Virus record (IMG/VR): IMGVR_UViG_3300009091_000010
Span: 1 to 6,512 of that record
Strand: one strand, 5' to 3'
Length of the DNA stretch: 6,512 nucleotides
From: a virus
Position 1 is the first letter of the stretch. Each line of letters begins with the position of its first letter. Shown piece after piece: positions 5,628-6,512 of the stretch. Position numbers and translations under genes: made by a program. Under the pieces are notes generated by a model, which saw nothing but the letters and a program-made list of their open reading frames with translations, was not told the DNA's origin and made no database searches.

Positions 5628-5745
5628 GTGGGCGCGCATCCCGTCAGACCCACAGCGGTTTTAATTAGCAATGTGTATAGTCGTGGTATTTGATCTATTT
5701 CAACGAAACCAACGCTAAAGGGTCGCACGGGATAGGCGCGCCCAC
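5628..5745 (+). other. Large imperfect hairpin (~118 nt), a candidate packaging signal or origin structure of the ssDNA
   Basis: Paired segments: 5628-5637 with 5736-5745 (10 bp, GC-rich); 5638-5644 with 5727-5733 (7 bp); 5647-5651 with 5720-5724 (5 bp); 5654-5657 with 5713-5716 (4 bp); 5658-5662 with 5706-5710 (5 bp). The terminal loop is ~43 nt. Confidence 0.6.
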
Positions 5746-5804
5746 CTCATTACTCTGGGCACATTGCAGTCCAATCCGATAACGGAAAATAAACAAAATA
5801 AGTC

Positions 5805-5833
5805 TTGATTTCGTGAGTCACGAAAGGTATAAT
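5805..5833 (+). promoter_or_regulatory. Sigma70-like promoter with an embedded perfect palindromic operator
   Basis: TTGATT (5805-5810), 17-nt spacer, TATAAT (5828-5833). The spacer is almost entirely the 17-bp palindrome TTTCGTGA-G-TCACGAAA (5809-5825). The promoter lies 30 nt upstream of ATG 5863. Confidence 0.65.
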
Positions 5834-5862
5834 AATCCATACTTTAAACAAAAGAGAAAAAC

Positions 5863-6108
5863 ATGAATACTTATAACGATAATGATATATTGGATGCCGC
5901 TTATTCTATCTACACAGTCTATGGTGACTATGTTCTTCATTGTCACACACTAACCCATTTACAATGCACAATAGATAATTATTGTTCCCAGCTTCAAGGT
6001 TTGCGCTTGATTGTTCGCGGTCCTGTTGATGGTCAATTAAGGGATTTTCAGAACGCCATTGGGCGCTCTTTTAGGTATCATCAAACTTGGATTGATCACG
6101 TTAGTTGA
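5863..6108 (+). CDS. Hypothetical 81-aa protein (regulatory-module orphan)
   Basis: The ORF lies directly downstream of the operator-bearing promoter. Its GAGA-type RBS context (CAAAAGAGAAAA) is shared with the coat gene. It has a His/Cys cluster, HCHTLTHLQCTIDNYC. I recognise no family. Confidence 0.5.
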   Translation: MNTYNDNDILDAAYSIYTVYGDYVLHCHTLTHLQCTIDNYCSQLQGLRLIVRGPVDGQLRDFQNAIGRSFRYHQTWIDHVS

Positions 6109-6134
6109 ATTGGTGATTCACACGCGCTATTATT
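6106..6134 (+). promoter_or_regulatory. Possible internal promoter for the 89-aa ORF and rep
   Basis: TTGAAT (6106-6111), 17-nt spacer, TATTAT (6129-6134). Hexamer match only. Confidence 0.3.
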
Positions 6135-6164
6135 ATAAGATCGTAATCAACCGGACCAAAACCA

Positions 6165-6434
6165 ATGAACGCACAAAAAAAACCAATGTCAACGGCTGAA
6201 AGACAAGCCAAAAGACAAACAAAATTAAAAGCTGGATTGACCGAGTGCATACAACTCAGGTCCGATGTGAAAACGGCTGTTTTTATGTTACACGCAACTA
6301 TGCGAACTATGAAAAAGATTGCTCTTGATGCCCAGAGCTCGGCACAGCTAGAGGTCGCTATCGAACAGGCCGAGACCGCCATAAAATTTCTTGACTCTTT
6401 GCCTCAAACGCATGACAAGAGAAAAGACGATTAA
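6165..6434 (+). CDS. Hypothetical 89-aa basic/helical protein, a possible DNA-binding regulator
   Basis: Basic N-terminus (KKPMSTAERQAKRQTKLKAGL) followed by a helical, acidic C-terminus. It lies immediately upstream of rep in the circle. SD is weak. The antisense ORF 6101-6382 looks like a shadow of this gene. Confidence 0.5.
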   Translation: MNAQKKPMSTAERQAKRQTKLKAGLTECIQLRSDVKTAVFMLHATMRTMKKIALDAQSSAQLEVAIEQAETAIKFLDSLPQTHDKRKDD

Positions 6435-6512
6435 AAAACATATCTGCCGATATTAACGAATAGAATTAGCCGGAATTTGCACACCGGCACTAAATAAAAG
6501 ACAAAAAAAAAC
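6390..6512. repeat. Terminal direct repeat, right copy (identical to 1-123)
   Basis: Exact identity to 1-123. The window ends inside the rep-leader A9/hairpin region. Confidence 0.95.

Larger units (their letters stand above)
1..6389 (+). mobile_element. Complete circular filamentous phage (inovirus-like) genome unit, 6,389 nt
   Basis: An exact 123-nt terminal overlap closes the circle. Size, single-strand gene orientation and module order (rep, ssb, coat, pIII, pVI, pI/Zot, long structured intergenic region) match Inoviridae. Confidence 0.85.

Noticed and set aside
5598-5693. 31-aa + strand ORF (MYPTISNHGIVGAHPVRPTAVLISNVYSRGI) running into the large hairpin
   Set aside because: It has no SD and lies within DNA that is better explained as a structural element. 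It is below any reasonable coding evidence.
6101-6382. 93-aa minus-strand ORF antisense to the 89-aa ORF
   Set aside because: The translation is Cys/Phe/Ile-rich with no plausible start context. The + strand ORF has a coherent charged, helical sequence and matches the orientation of every other gene.

Overview
The window is one complete, circularly permuted genome of a small filamentous ssDNA phage (Inoviridae-like). Bases 1-123 are identical to 6390-6512, so the unit length is 6,389 nt. All supported genes are on the + strand, in the classic inovirus order. They are a Rep_trans-type rolling-circle initiator (196-1326), a putative ssDNA-binding protein (1396-1695), and a major coat protein with signal peptide (1785-1985) followed by an intrinsic terminator. 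Next come a 69-aa coat-like membrane protein, an unannotated 22-aa hydrophobic micro-ORF, a pIII-like adsorption protein (2320-3663), a pVI-like protein (3664-3939) and a Zot/pI-like assembly ATPase (3936-4991). An ~870-nt non-coding region (4992-5862) follows. It holds a cluster of TTGACA inverted repeats, three tandem 25-bp iterons and a ~118-nt imperfect hairpin. After it come an operator-bearing promoter and two small orphan ORFs (5863-6108, 6165-6434) that lead back into rep. No secretin (pIV), integrase, tRNA or CRISPR array is present. The points most worth follow-up are: the perfect 17-bp palindromic operator inside the regulatory promoter; the iterons; the structured origin or packaging region; a minus-strand intrinsic terminator in the rep leader, which suggests an antisense countertranscript; and the translationally coupled micro-ORF chain upstream of gene III. 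Functional assignments rest on motifs, protein architecture and gene order read by eye. No database search was possible.
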